Below are positions 39,433-52,319 of a stretch of DNA of 64,000 bases, piece by piece. Each line of letters opens with the position of its first letter. Position 1 is the first letter of the stretch. The translations under genes were made by a program, and so were the position numbers. The DNA lies in NCBI GenBank assembly GCA_003971905.1, contig RSEE01000074.1:186001-250000 (forward strand). The letters run 5' to 3'. Origin of the DNA: Moniliella sp. 'wahieum'. Lineage: Eukaryota. The notes under the pieces are model-generated. The model was not told the origin of the DNA and ran no database searches. It saw nothing but the letters and a program-made list of their open reading frames with translations.

Positions 39433-40897
39433 GGCGCGGCAAGCCCAAGCGGCGGGGGCGCGGATGGGGATGGCGGGGGTGAAGCGGGGGCGGGGGGCAG
39501 GGAGCAGGGGGCAGGAAGGACGCAGGAACTAGGACGCGGGGACTCGGACGCAGGCACTCGGAAACCGCAACTAGGAAACGCCAAGAGGATGAAAATTTAG
39601 GAGCCGAGCGGCGGAGCGTGTCGGGAGTGTCCAGCGGGCCCAGCCAGGCCAGCCCACGGCCGGTGGGCGCACAGCCCACCACAGCTCGTTATTTGAACGT
39701 TCAAGCCTGGTGCTCGCCAACGCTCGTCGGGTTTCGGCGGCGAAGGCGGGTTAACGTCAGGCTCAGGATGGAATCGATCAGCAATCAAAGCTCCGGCGCG
39801 CAGGCACTCGGGCGCTCAGCCGCTCAGGCACCCAGCGCCCGTCCCACGGAGCATTCGCGATGGTCGATAATCGATGCGATAAAGGCTGGAAGCTGGATGG
39901 GTGACGGATGACTCAGTTCCCAGTGCACTCAGTCTGAATTCCCAGCACATAACGGTAGCCAGTGTCAGCATCAGCATACGCACCAGCATCATCGTCAGCG
40001 TCCGGCTCAGACTCAGGGCGTGCGGCCCTCCCGCTGCCTCGGCCTGGTTGTTCCAAACTAGTTCCGCCGTGTACGATGGCAATCATGCCCGCTGCTAGCG
40101 CGTTTTACTGAGCTCGGTACCTAGGACCTAGGACTGAGACTGCGTATAGCGGGCAGTGCCAGGCAGTGCCGCCCGTGTCGCATTTCCAATTTCACACACG
40201 CCCAATCCTGAAGTGCATGCACTATCGATAGTCGTAATCGATAATCGTTACGCGTTACACGTTGCACGTTGCTCAGGCATCCTTCACAGACAAGGACGCA
40301 CCCGGCCCCTTTCCCCCTTCCCTTCGTGGCGGATGAGATCGATGAGAGCGTATGGGACAGCGTGCCTGGCATACCAGCCAAGGGTGACCGGTGAACGTGA
40401 ACGTTGAACCCCCCATCTGAACGTCGCTAAGGCGCCGAGGCGCCGAGATCTAAGAGGCTGAATAGCGAATGCCAGAGGCGTCTGCGCAGTGCTGGTTCCT
40501 AGTTGCATGGTGCCAGGGAGCATGTCCCAATGGCAGGCGCCATTGTGTGCTGTGTGCTGTGTGCTGTGCACATGTGACAAGCCATGTGACTAGCCGGTAA
40601 ACCCGGTGGTGCGGGCAGCTGCTGTGCTGCGGTGGCTGTGGTGGAGCCCGGTGGAGACGTGTGGAGTCCGGTGGAGACTGGCGGAGGTCGGTCTGCTGAG
40701 GTCAGCGAGGCACGTGACCGGGCGGCCGCGCGGAAGACCCCCGGGCGGAATGCGTTGCACACCGCCGTGCGTCTCGTCGGGCGGTGGTGGTTTTTTTCGG
40801 GGCGACGAGTGCGGCGCGGATGGGCGCCGCTGCGCTGGCCCGTGGCTGCTGCTTCGTCCGCCTGCCCTCCCCCGACCGCCGCCCCCGCCCCCCCACC

Positions 40898-42597
40898 ATG
40901 GCGCTCCCCCACTTCTACGCCCCCACGTCCACACCGCCACCCCCGTCGTCCTCTGCGGGCTGGGCGGCCAGCTCTACCCCCTCTGCGACCCCCCCGCGCC
41001 GACCCCGTGCGCCACAGCCCCGAGGGCGTCAAGGCGCTCCTCCCCGTCGCCAATGTGCCCCAGGTGGCGCATGTGCTCCAGCTCATCGTCCGCATCGGCT
41101 TCCCCTCCACCCTCGTCCTTGCCCCCAAGGCCCAGCACGACGCCATCACCCGTTCCCTCCAGCAGCTCCTCCTCTGCCCCCCCGACTCTTTCCAGCCCTC
41201 CATCCCCATCCGCTGCCGCTCCGACCCCGGCTTGCCGCCCACTGGCCTTTCCGCCGCCGGGTACCAGCCCCCCGTAGCCGCCGGCGACCCGTCGCTGGAC
41301 GAGGAAGCCCAGGCCAGTCCAGACGATGCCAACGCCTTCCTCGTGCACCTCTTCTCCCTCGGCCCGGACGACAAGTCGCGCCGGCGGAACGAGGAGGTGA
41401 GCAGCACCCGCCCGCCCGGCACGGCCCAATTGCTTACCTGGCTCGACAGCCTGGGCAAGCTGCCGTCCAACCCGCTGGTGCTTCCGTGCGACCTGATTGC
41501 TCCGCTCTTCCCGCTCGAATCGGTGCTTCAAGCGAGCCTGCGGACCGACAAGCCTACCTCCTCCCCCTCGGTCTCCGCGTTGCTCTATGCGCCGCAGCAA
41601 CCCGATGGCCTGTCGCGCGAGCGAGAAAAGACAACCCACCTCGTGGGCTGTACGCATACCCCTCTCGTGAGCTCGCCAAGACCACGCTGCCGATGGCATT
41701 CCAAGATGGCGCAGCGGGCGGGGTGCACCAGCTGCTCTTGGCCAAGGACAGTACAGTGTTGGAGGAGGACGAGGTACGGTTGACGATGGGTCTGGTCGAG
41801 GGCGCAGAACACGATCGGGTGGCGAGTGAGCAACGCACTGTTGGATGCGCATGTCTACTTTCTCAACCGGAGCGTCGTCTTGCCGCTGCTGGAACGGAAG
41901 CGCATGCTCACCTCGCTACGCGAACATGTCTTGCCCAACCTGGCTCGGGCTGGGTGGCAGAGCGCCTTGGCCGACAAACTCGGCATGCTCGCCCTGGATG
42001 ATGATGCCAACTCGGACCTGGACGCGCAGGAGCACGAGTCTATGCACGAGTGGACGCCAGAACGCAAGACGGTGGCGGTGGCATTGATTGCGCGCCCGCC
42101 CCCCCCGGTCGCCGAAACGGAAAAGGAAGAGCAGGAAAAAGTGCTGCCTAGCTCGTTTCTCCTACGCGGCAATACGCTGCCTACCTACATTGAAGTCAAC
42201 CGCTATATCCTCCGCAACTTGGGGAAAACAATGCTGCCGCTGCCGGGGTGGGTCGAGGATGAGGGGAAACCGAGTCCAGCCCAGGCCAAGGCCGATCGCA
42301 CCATGGTCTCCCCCGACAGCCTTGTTTCGCCCCGTGCTACCCTGGGCGAACGCATCCTGGTCAAGCGGTCCGTGATTGGAGCCGGGGCGGTGGTAGGCAA
42401 GCATGCCCGCCTGACCGGCTGCGTTGTGGCTGATGGCGCTTGTCGGGGCCGGTGCCAAGCTGGAGAGCTGTGTGATCGGCATCAATGCCAAGGTCGGGGA
42501 TCGGTGCACGCTGAAGGATTGTGATGTGGGGCCCGGGGCCGAGCTGGAAGCCGAGACACATGGCAAGAACGAAAAGTACTCGAAGAACGACGATTAG
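40898..42597 (+). CDS. GCD1: Translation initiation factor eIF2B gamma subunit
   Basis: VVLCGLGGQLYPL...VKALLPVANVPQV (nucleotidyltransferase-like), GTAQLL, LVLPCDLI, SNALLDAHVYFLNR...LTSLREHVLP, LLRGNTLPTYIEVNR, then LbH hexapeptide repeats (SPDSLV...LGERILVKRSVIG...VGKHARLTGCVV...KLESCVIGINAKVGDRCTLKDCDVG); stop TAG 42595-42597. Confidence 0.88.
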
Positions 42598-42624
42598 GAG
42601 AAGGAAAATCCCATCTTTAACCCC

Positions 42625-45113
42625 CTATGCTGAACGTCTGAACTTTATGCCTACTTCTGCTAGACGCGACAGAAGAAAACTGATGGGACCCGTGTCTGTA
42701 AAAAACAGTCTCATTGCACATGGTGCCAGTGACTTGCCTCCCTTCGTCATCATGCACCCCACCACCATCCCCGCCATTGCGGCAGCCTCAATTGGACAGG
42801 TGAGCAAAACCCTGGCCTTAGAGGCAAAAGTCTGAAGGTGGGCTCGCTCACTCCCGGGGGTATCTTGCTACTATAGGAAAGCGGGTGGGGGTCGCGGGCG
42901 TAAGTATTGCCCAGCATAGCATATCTATACTCCTGCCAAGGTTTAACAGCATTCAAAGCGCGAAGATCCAGGAGGAACTGCTGACCTCCGGACCCGTACG
43001 AGCCGCTGTTCCCGACTGTCAATGATGATAATGACCGAGCGATACCGTTGCCGTTTATCCTGGACAAAAACGTCGTGTTCGCAGTGGAGACCAAAATCGC
43101 TCGTGTCCATAGACTATCTCAAGAGCGGCAAGTGCCCTGCTCTGCGACATCACTCTCTGGGTTCACACTCTGGCCCATTCGCGATTGTGGTGGGAGAATT
43201 GAGAGCCAAGCTCAGCATTGCGCGCGAGAATGCTGAGAGGGGAGGAGGGAGAATATCAACAACATTGGACAAGAGTTGGGCGAGGGCTAAAAAGAGGACA
43301 GGGTGTGGATGAGAGCTGATATACATATGTTTTGAGGGTAATCGCCGCACGATGCGAGCCAAGACCGAGCCATCCAAGAAAATGTGAGCAACGGAGCAAT
43401 GGGAAAGCCGTTGGTTCAGCGGGAATCGAGCAAGTGCGGGCCAGACCGAGACGTGCGGCGCAGCGAATCTCACCTCTCGGGGGGTTTCCGCCGTGCTGGA
43501 CAGTTCCTTTGTCTGAGACACGACCAAGCGTCGCCAGAGAGCTGCCACGGGCCACCGCGCTCATGCTTAGTGTGACATCGGAGCGTAAAAAAGGTAGACG
43601 GTAGGAACGAGTCGGGTGTCTTTAGGTCGGGGAAGCAACTCTGGGCAGCTGCCGGGGCGGGATCAATGGTGTGGAAACGATCTTTCCAAGCAGCCGCATC
43701 ATTCTCGGCCCTGTCGACCGCACCATCGGGCATGTGCACATTGCCCCCAACGTAACAAACGCAGGGGAGCAAGTTTGACCTTTGCTCAACATTTGCAGGG
43801 AGGCTTGTTGAGTCATGCGCGCCATATCCATCTCATGTTCCATCTGGACGAGCATTTTGGCAAGCGCCCCTGTGGCGCGGGTAGGGGTGGTGGGCGTGGT
43901 CCACTCCCGCACTGGCAAAATAGAACTAGAGGAGCTGGTGTTGGAAGCGCTGCGAGGTCGGCCAACGGGAGCGGCTCTGCTAACGTGGCGAGGGTGGAAA
44001 ATTGGGCGCATCCGTGCCCATGAGTGGCGTTGGCTGGTGGATCCTTGACCGCGCCCGAGATGAGGAGAGCGATGGACTCCTGCCGGTTCGGATGTAGGAA
44101 TTGATCCCACCCAGGCGCTCGGAACCAGTCACGTCAACACTGGCAGATCGAGGTCGAATGGGATCAAGGTGCCAGGTCCGGTGATGCTCAAAGGGCGGGA
44201 AAATGGTCTCGATGCTTTTACGTGCGCTGGAAGCGATACGATCTTGTGTGCTATGGTAGGTTTCCCTCGCGGGAGACGGCCAACGATCACCATCAGAAAG
44301 GTCCTTGAAGGGTTCGGCGAATCGAGGGGATTGGCTACTGGATCGGGGAGCGGCAAGGGCGTTAGACATAACGCATTTGGCTAGGTCGGAATGCTGATCC
44401 TGTTGGAGGGAAGGTTTGCGTAAAACAAGGTACCTGGGCGCCTTGGGCGGGGTCCTTTGGGCACTTGCGGATGAGGCTGCGGATCCACAGCGGCCAGCGT
44501 GATCCAGGTGGGAAAAGGACAGAACTGACTTCTCGTCCGAGAGCTGGGCGGTACTGTTGGACGACTTGGAAGAGGTGCTGGATAATCTGGAAACAGAGAA
44601 GCGGCGCATCCCACTTGTCCCACTTGTCCCACTTGTCCCACTTGTCCCACTTGTCCCACTTGTCCCACTTGTCCCACTACGAGCCAAAGACGGTTCTGTG
44701 GGCAGTACTGAGGATGGAGAGTGACCAAAGGATGGGTGCGGTGCCAGTTTCTGTGTTGGGCACCCGTGGGCGATGTGACCGGGGCTGATGCTGGTCTCCA
44801 TTTCGTTCCCCACCATGGCGCCAGAGGCCAGTGTGTAGGAATCCATAGTGGGGGTCGGGTGGGAGTGGTACGAAGCGGAAGACGGAGGGATGGTCTCCGC
44901 AGTCGTGCTCGTCACGGGGGAAATGGGCACGGGTTGAAAGCGGGGAGGATGAGACGCAGAAGGTGAGGCGGGAGTTGGAGCGGGAGCACGTTGGCCGGAA
45001 GGCAGGTGTATGTCGGGGCGACCTATGGCCTCCATCTCGGCACAGATGGCGCTCCAGTTGCCCTCTTGGAGTTGACTGCTGGAGGCGGCATGGTTGCGGC
45101 GGAACTTGACCAT
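42625..45113 (-). CDS. Large Ser-rich hypothetical protein with a helical C-terminal region; frameshifted
   Basis: ATG 45113 (MVKFRRNHAASSSQ...); ORFs 43980-45245, 43622-44110, 43150-43548 and 42750-43094 tile; contains an (SGT)7 repeat. 3' end approximate. Confidence 0.55.
44609..44678. repeat. 9-bp tandem repeat (TCCCACTTG)x7+, encoding (SGT)n
   Basis: Seen directly; seven perfect copies plus a partial copy. Confidence 0.95.
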
Positions 45114-46253
45114 GGCGAGGGTGTTGGTGGGGATGGGGCAGAAGGGCGAGGGGGCTGGAGAAGGGGCGCGGGAGACAAGGCAGCGGAGAGGGGTGTTGGG
45201 CTTTTGGCACGGGTGGGGAAGACGCAGGGACGCACCGGCCATCATTCCGAAATCAGCAGCACACTCTAAAATGCTTGCACTAATACCGAGGACGAATATA
45301 ATGCACTGCGACTTTCAGCTGTGATTTCCCGGCTGCGGGGCTATTTCCCACAGCAAAATGCGGGGTCGAGGAGCTGCGGGAGGGCAGCCGCGTCGAGGAG
45401 TGGCCTACTGCCGCACATGCGGGGTGAATACGGGATGCCGGATTGCTTGGTGTGGGGTGCGTGCAGCAGCCATCGGCAGGCCGCCGTATTAGCTGGTGGA
45501 AGTTACGAATCCACCGCCAAACCCGTCCTATGGTGTTGGTGGATCTGAGCAGACCCAGCCGTGCTTCGTCCCATTGCCCACCCACGCAAGACCTCAGGCC
45601 GCCTCTCGCGCGCGCTCCCATGGTGCGTTTTCACCGCCACGTGCGTGACAGGCACAACGGGTGTTCAGCACCAGCAACATTCACCCGCGAGGTGTTGCTG
45701 AGCCAGGAATCATTAATCAAAGGCAATGAACGACCCCCAAGCAACTCGCTGCGCATGGGAGTGGTCTGTGCGTGTGATGGAAGAAGTATAGTGAGTAGCA
45801 TGCTATACCGGCCTGAGAGACGCTGATGATGCATGATGAGACCTGGATTCCTGCTGGTCCTCCAGGGTAATGCAAAACAGCACTAGTGGGGATGGTGGGG
45901 TGTAACATGTAAGCGCTAAGCGAAGCCGACCAACCACGTCTGTAGGCTGATACGGAACAAAAAGAAACGGAAGCGAGAAAACAACGGAACTCCTACGCCT
46001 CAGAGGAGGAACGTTGCGTACAGCCGTTAAACGTGAAACGTGCTTGACATGTTGAACGTTGAAGCTTTGAACGGTGGATATTGAAAGTTGCAAACAATTG
46101 TAAATAGAGGATGCAACCCTAGCATACAGAGAAATGCTGCGGCCAGTTTCTGGAGCTAATAGGTTGCTTCCGCCTCCCCCGCCTCACCCACCTTCGTGCC
46201 CGCTCATCCGCCTTTGGCTTCTACACCTGGGTCATTTCGTCAAGTCGTAAACA

Positions 46254-46652
46254 ATGGTGAGTCCGGCTCCGATGGCGGCGTGGTCCTGTTCAAATACCAC
46301 CCCAGTGGATTCAACGGAGCATGCACAGCGCCCCACTGGAAATGCTGGATTGGTATACTAATCCTCCTCCCTGCAGTCCAAGCGCACGACCAAGGTAGGG
46401 ATCACCGGCAAGTACGGTACCCGTTATGGCTCCACCCTGCGTCGCCAGGTGAAGAAGATTGAGATCTCGCAGCACGCTCGGTACACTTGCGCTTTCTGCG
46501 GAAAGGACGCTGTCAAGCGCCGTGCTGTGGGCATCTGGGACTGCCGTGCCTGCAAGAAGCAGGTGGCTGGCGGCGCTTGGGCTCTGTCCACGACCGCTGC
46601 TGCTACCGTTCGCAGCACTATTCGCCGTCTGCGTGAACTTTCGGATGCCTAA
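46254..46652 (+). CDS. RPL43: 60S ribosomal protein eL43 (L37a)
   Basis: ATG 46254, intron GTGAGT...CTAAT...CAG 46257-46376, then [68 protein letters not shown]...[12 protein letters not shown]. Confidence 0.98.
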
Positions 46653-47096
46653 ACTCCCTACGACGGGAAAGGTGGATTCCAGGCTATGTGGGACTCTGCT
46701 TTCCCAGAAAATTCACACATGTTGGACCTCCTCCCCTGCTCCCAACAGGTGACCCTCCTCTACCTCTCCTGCCTCGCTCAGTTGAGGCAGATGCTGTCGC
46801 GTTGCTTGCTGTCAATCTGGTTAGCTTCCCTAGCTAGCAGGTTCACTTTTCTGTTGGAAGGAACAAGGTGGCGCTCGCGACCACCTGTAAAACATGCGCA
46901 TGATGCACCCATGACGGCCCTACCTCCAAAGCGGAGCGACTATGATTAGGCGGGCGCTCTCTAGACCTTGCAAGCTCTTCAAGCTCTTCAGTACCCGTAA
47001 AGCTTGCAGGAAAGGGACAGTACAACGTGCAAGCCAGATGTAAAGCTACTTGATGATGAAAATGGCCGGCGGAGGGATCACATGCATTCCAACTGT

Positions 47097-47920
47097 CTAC
47101 GCACGGAGCGGGCTCAGTTCCAGAGGCTGTGAGATGTTCGAGGCAGAGTGGTCAGTATGCCTATGGCCGAGAAAGAATGATTGCGCACAAGTTCAGGTGC
47201 CTTCCACGCGAGCCAATCGCTGCTAGCAGTCGGCAGCAACCCCATGCTGGAGCACTTCCACACGCCCAGAGCAAACAAGCCCAAGTTACAGAGGATAAAG
47301 ACAATCTTTTGAAGGAGGAGCGAGACGCCAGGTGAGTTAAAGCGTGAAAATGCTGGACGAAAAAAGAAGGTTAGTTAGGATTAGTCGGGATGTCTAGTAG
47401 GCTTGGAGACGGGGGGAGGGGGGCCAAACCAAACGAACCTTGTTCTGTGGAGGCCACACCATTGAGCGAGCTCTTGAAGAGCATGCCGATCGAAAGCATA
47501 CTGAAGATTGGACAGTGCTTCCCGACATGTAGAGCATGATGGCCTGCATGGGGATCTGCTTGGCAGGCGAGGTAGCCAGCTCCCATGACTTGGCAACGAG
47601 AATTTCACCACTGTTGCCAGCCTGGGCTACTAGGTCCTTGCCCTTTCCCTTCTACCAACCATCATTGTCAGTCCCTGCATGAGCACCAACACAGCGAGAA
47701 TAGAAAAGTCCAACCTTTTTGTCAATATGAACCAACTGGGTGAACCCGGGAGGGTTAAGGCCTGGGCTCGAAGCCTTGACCAAGCTGGTGGAGCTGGGGC
47801 GATAGCACGTGGGGGGGGGGGGCAACGGCGTGTCAGAATCGGGAGCAAACAAGCCAGGAGCAGGGAAAATGCATACGCAGATAGCGGGGGGATGGCCTGA
47901 GCCCAATCAAGCAGCGACAT
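47097..47920 (-). CDS. EMC4: ER membrane protein complex subunit 4 (four introns; not evident from the ORF track)
   Basis: Spliced reading MSLLDWAQAIPPLS|..LNPPGFTQ..KK|KGKGKD...LVAKSWELATSPAKQIPMQAIMLYMSGSTVQIFSM...|AFSRFNSPGVSLLLQKIVFILCNLGLFALGVWKCSSMGLLPTASSDWLAWKAPEL|PLELSPLRA*. PAKxxPMxAxMLYMSG and KCxxMGLLPTxxSDWL are EMC4 hallmarks. Confidence 0.92.
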
Positions 47921-50900
47921 GCCAGTTCCAGTGGGGCAAGATGACCGGGGCGGTGTGGTGGCAGGGGTGGGGTGGACGCTGTGGGCAGTGGCGCACGGGG
48001 CGCCTCACTGGTGCGTCTGCTGGCCATCGACTTGTGTGGATCGAGGGATAACCAATTGAAATGTGCGCCGCCCAGGCCCCTCAGGAGGGCTGACTGGCAC
48101 TCTATCTATTAGGCACCAGGGACCGCCTCGCGCGTACTGGACACTGACGTAATTAGCAGGGGCAACGCCAAGCGAAGGTGGCAGCTGCCAGGTTTCGTCG
48201 GTCCTACCATGTTTCAGGAGTGTGGGCTGGAGCCACAGCCTGCCACAGCACTGCCGCACCCACCCGGAAACCAAGTGGGTCATAGGACAGCTCGTTCCCA
48301 ATGCAGCCCCCGTATTATCGTCTTCAAAGCCGGTCTCTCGCACCGCAGACCATCAGAGCACTGACCTCTCCCTCCCTTTCATCCAGAGATGGTCTTCACC
48401 GGTCTCAATAAGGAAAAAGGACGGTAGTGACCTGATGATCACTTTCTTCAACTAGGAAGCGACCGCCTCTTCTATATAATGCGATTATTGTTAGCCGCAT
48501 CCAAGCTTTCAGCTTATTGGCCGGGCCACAAGGCATTGTGATCAGCAGATTGAAGGTAGGCATCCCACCCTTTTAGCTCCCTTTCTAGCCAATGGCGACA
48601 AAAAAAAGAGACAATAGAGTGGGTCGGCTTTACAGAATCTTGTTGCAGTTTTGTTGAGTAGATAGCTTCTGGCACGATCATCAGATCTCGCAGCGGTCGG
48701 AAGAGATAGGTAAGCTCTGTCGTCTTTCGTAAAATCGTTCGAAAGTACGAGGAGTTCCCGAAGCAGGACAGCAGTTATGTGTAACGCAGCAGAAGAATGC
48801 GAGACCAATTAGCGAATACTGCTTCAAGCATCAAATCGAGCAAGAGAGACCGGGAAAAGGGGGAGAGGGAGTGGTGAGAAAGAAGGACAGAACCAAGACA
48901 GAGGAGAAAAGGCTGCATGCATATTAGTATACGGGTTACACCACGCGTGCTAGAGGGGCTCTTGACAAGCTTTGGTAAAAGTACTGACAATAACTCGACT
49001 CCATAGAGGCGGTTATGGTTTCCTTTCTGGCTCAGGCCAGGTCTACTTGGACCGTCCCAAACGGAAGAAAACGCTCTGCTTATATGGTGTAGGTAACATG
49101 GGCAGCCGTCGCAGTTTCCTCCCCGACCCGGACCGGGGACGCTTTGGCCGTCCGTTGGCCGGCGGTGCTGCTTGCGATGTGTACTAATCCCTTTCAAATG
49201 GCTCTTTTGACCCACCGTTGATGCTAGTCTCAGTGGCGGGTGGACTAGTCATTATCATGTTTTGTGTAGCGAATTTTGTCTCTTTTATTATTGTGGCTTG
49301 CTAAACTTTTGACTCATCGTTGTGGTCTTTCCTCCAAGTTGAATGGACTTCTATGGCTTTACTCGACTTCCAACTCGATGGTTTTACTGTTCGATCTCGA
49401 CTTCGGTTCAACTTGGCATGTTGCGTATATAGCTCCAAGTTGACTGGATCTCCACGGCTTTTTACACACTTTTCGTTCTTACCTCCACACCTTAAATATA
49501 TACTGTTTCTTTTCCCCGACTTGGGCAATATCGCTTCCCAACTATGGTTTTCTTTCACTTTTCACCAGAGGCGAGGGGGAGACATTGATTTATCCTTTCA
49601 TCCATGCCTTTCCCCTTGGCCGAGGACCACCACCACCTGTCGAGCTCACCGAAGGGGGGCGTTGGAGGGTAGTAGAGTAGGGTTCCCCTGCCCTCAAGTT
49701 GATCAGTTGAGACGCTCACCTAACCGGGCGAAAGAGTTCCGCTCACTGGCCGCACACCCCGTGTTCATCATCGCTCCATCTCCCCCTTCTGTCCCCTGTT
49801 TCCTTTCCAATTCAGACGTTGCTTGAAAACATTTCTGCCTCTCACCACTCTTTGCCTTCACGCCTTGTCTGACGACGGCTGGTTTGCACCTCATCCCATA
49901 GGATCGTCAAGTGCTCCCAAGACGCACTCCAGGATCGATGCTTGTACAGAAAATGTGGTGTCCGTGTCATATAGCTCTCCTCATAGAAACAAAAGCGTGT
50001 ATCGGATAGTTGCTGGCCCGGGGAAACACTTCCCAACACAGATTTGTGTCAGGCCATCCTGGGCATTAGGGCGGTGCAGTGTCAAATCCATTGGGCATCC
50101 AGAACCTGCACTAGTGCCTGTGTCCGACCGAGAGGAGCTTAGACGCCGGTGGATATCAGGGAAGAGGGAATGGTGCTGTGGGTCTGGGCAGCCAAGGCGC
50201 CCCAACAGCGCGGCCGCTTGAGTGTGTGACATGCAGCGTGTGGCTGGCGGGTGTGACATATGACATGTGACATGTGACATCACATGTGTTACTGGCATAT
50301 TGACACTCGATAACTGAGTACACTCAGTGCACTAAGGACTCAGTACGTACTCAGTACCAGTGTGCTCAGTCGATTGAAGCGATGTGCAATCGGGGATCTG
50401 CAATGCCCCGGATGCATTGCTGATTAATTGAGTGGTGGCCTGCACGCCGTGGCTTTGTGACGCGTGAAGCGTTGCATGCATGTGACACATGTGGCAAGAG
50501 TCACTTGCTAGGGGAGGCGCTTCGATGTTTGTGCAGCCGAGCGTTGCAAGGGCCGACTGCACCGCCTCTCCATTCTCAAGGCATCACGCATCATGCGTCA
50601 TGCATCCTGTGCGTCCCAACTCGCATTCCGCCTGTCGCAGCCATCATCGACATCATCACCACTGTCTTATGTGCCCGCCTGTCACAGGTCACATCTATGT
50701 TGCTCAGCGCTCACGTGGGTCAGTTTTTGCCATTTGTGTGTATACTGCGGTGCAGACAGGCATCCTGGGCGCCTGAGCGCCTGAGCGCCTCCGCCCTCTC
50801 TGAGATCTCAATCCCACCTTCGAAGCTTTTGATCTCTCTGTTTTCAATTTCACCATCTGTCTACTGCACTGCATTATCCGCATTGCTGCTCGGAAAATAG

Positions 50901-52319
50901 GTACGCCAAACGCCAACATCACTGTTCGTTCAACACGTTGAACTGATATAGTTGAGCGTCGATCTCTTTTCACCAATAAACAGACTACTCCAGAACTGGA
51001 AGGAGAGCTATAAGTTCCGGACCCGGAAGCCAGTGGAAACCCGGGGAAGACCAGGCCCGGCCTACTAGCTCAGGCCTTTAACCACCTTTTCCTTCCGCGG
51101 TCACGCTCCCGTCCACAAGAGCTGAGAGAGGTCACAAGGCCCAGCAAAAGCACTTTATAGTACCTCTTCAGGATGGTATTGCGGTTACGTGAACGACACG
51201 CGTTCGCATAGTATTTATTGGCATGCACAGCCTAATCCCGTTTGGCAAAATGCTAACCGGTAAGCCTGGCAGCCATTACATGTTACAATTACGGGCCTGA
51301 GGCCTGAATGGAATGGGTACGATCGAAGAGAGAGCGCGGGATGGCAGGGTGCAGTAGTCAGTCTAATCCATATTCAATGCAGTAGTGAATGGGCCTCTCC
51401 ATGTTGGGGGCTCGTCTTCTCGCGCCTCTGGTGGTCATGCCTCGGGCAGGGATCCAGAATGAGTTGTGCCGAGATTGAGATGAGGAGAGGGAAGAGATGT
51501 CCATTCAGGAAGAGGCTTGGGGTTGATGATATCGATGAGAGCTGGTATGCCGTGCGCTCTTCTCGGTGGGTTTAACGTTTAACGTTCAACGTTCGTGTTC
51601 CGATCTCAGATCTCAATCGCATCGATCATCTTGAAAGAAGAATTGAGATGATCGCCATACGGTGCCCCCAAGACTCGCAACCGGGCAACCGCTAGTATGG
51701 CATGGGCGTGTGGTGTGTGTGAAGACACGGCCAGGAGTGGATGGAACTTTTGAGCAGCGCGCGCAGTGGTTAATGGGGGTGTGCATCGAGAAGAATGCTG
51801 CTGCACGCGGTGCGACGTGCGTTGTCCCACCCTACGGGCGCGGCAGGCTGTGTGTCTCGCGCCGTGCCGGCTGGCGATTGGGATGGTGTAAATCCAATTG
51901 GAACCACGTCGAACGTCGAATGTCCCGGCCCATAGTTCCTAGCGATGCCACGTAGTCATCGATGAGACCATCCGTTCAGTCACGCGGGCCACCGGTCATC
52001 GATCATCCACCACCGATCGGACGGCAGCGCACGGGGAGTGTGCGCGCTAATTACGCCTGGCACATCGGTTGCGCACACAGCCGATGATTACTTTAGAACC
52101 CAGCTGGCTCGTTTAGTACACAACTGGGCATGCTAACATAAAGTACGCTCATCAGAGCACCATCACTTTTGTCACTTCACAGCCCTGGCCAAAGACCCTT
52201 TCACCCCCAGCCTCGCTCCGTCCCCTCCGTTGCAGTTGGCGGAGAACTTCATTGCTCCTCTTCTATCAGATTCCAGCCCCCTCCTTTCGATTCACCATCT
52301 CTCTCCCTCACCAACATAC

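Noticed and set aside
44609..44678. Tandem repeats as a CRISPR or telomere-like array
   Set aside because: No spacers; they are coding mini/microsatellites inside ORFs in a eukaryotic context.
45823..45950. ATGATGA...CTGA box C/D snoRNA-like signals upstream of RPL43
   Set aside because: No terminal stem or recognisable rRNA guide; an Infernal or snoscan search would be needed.
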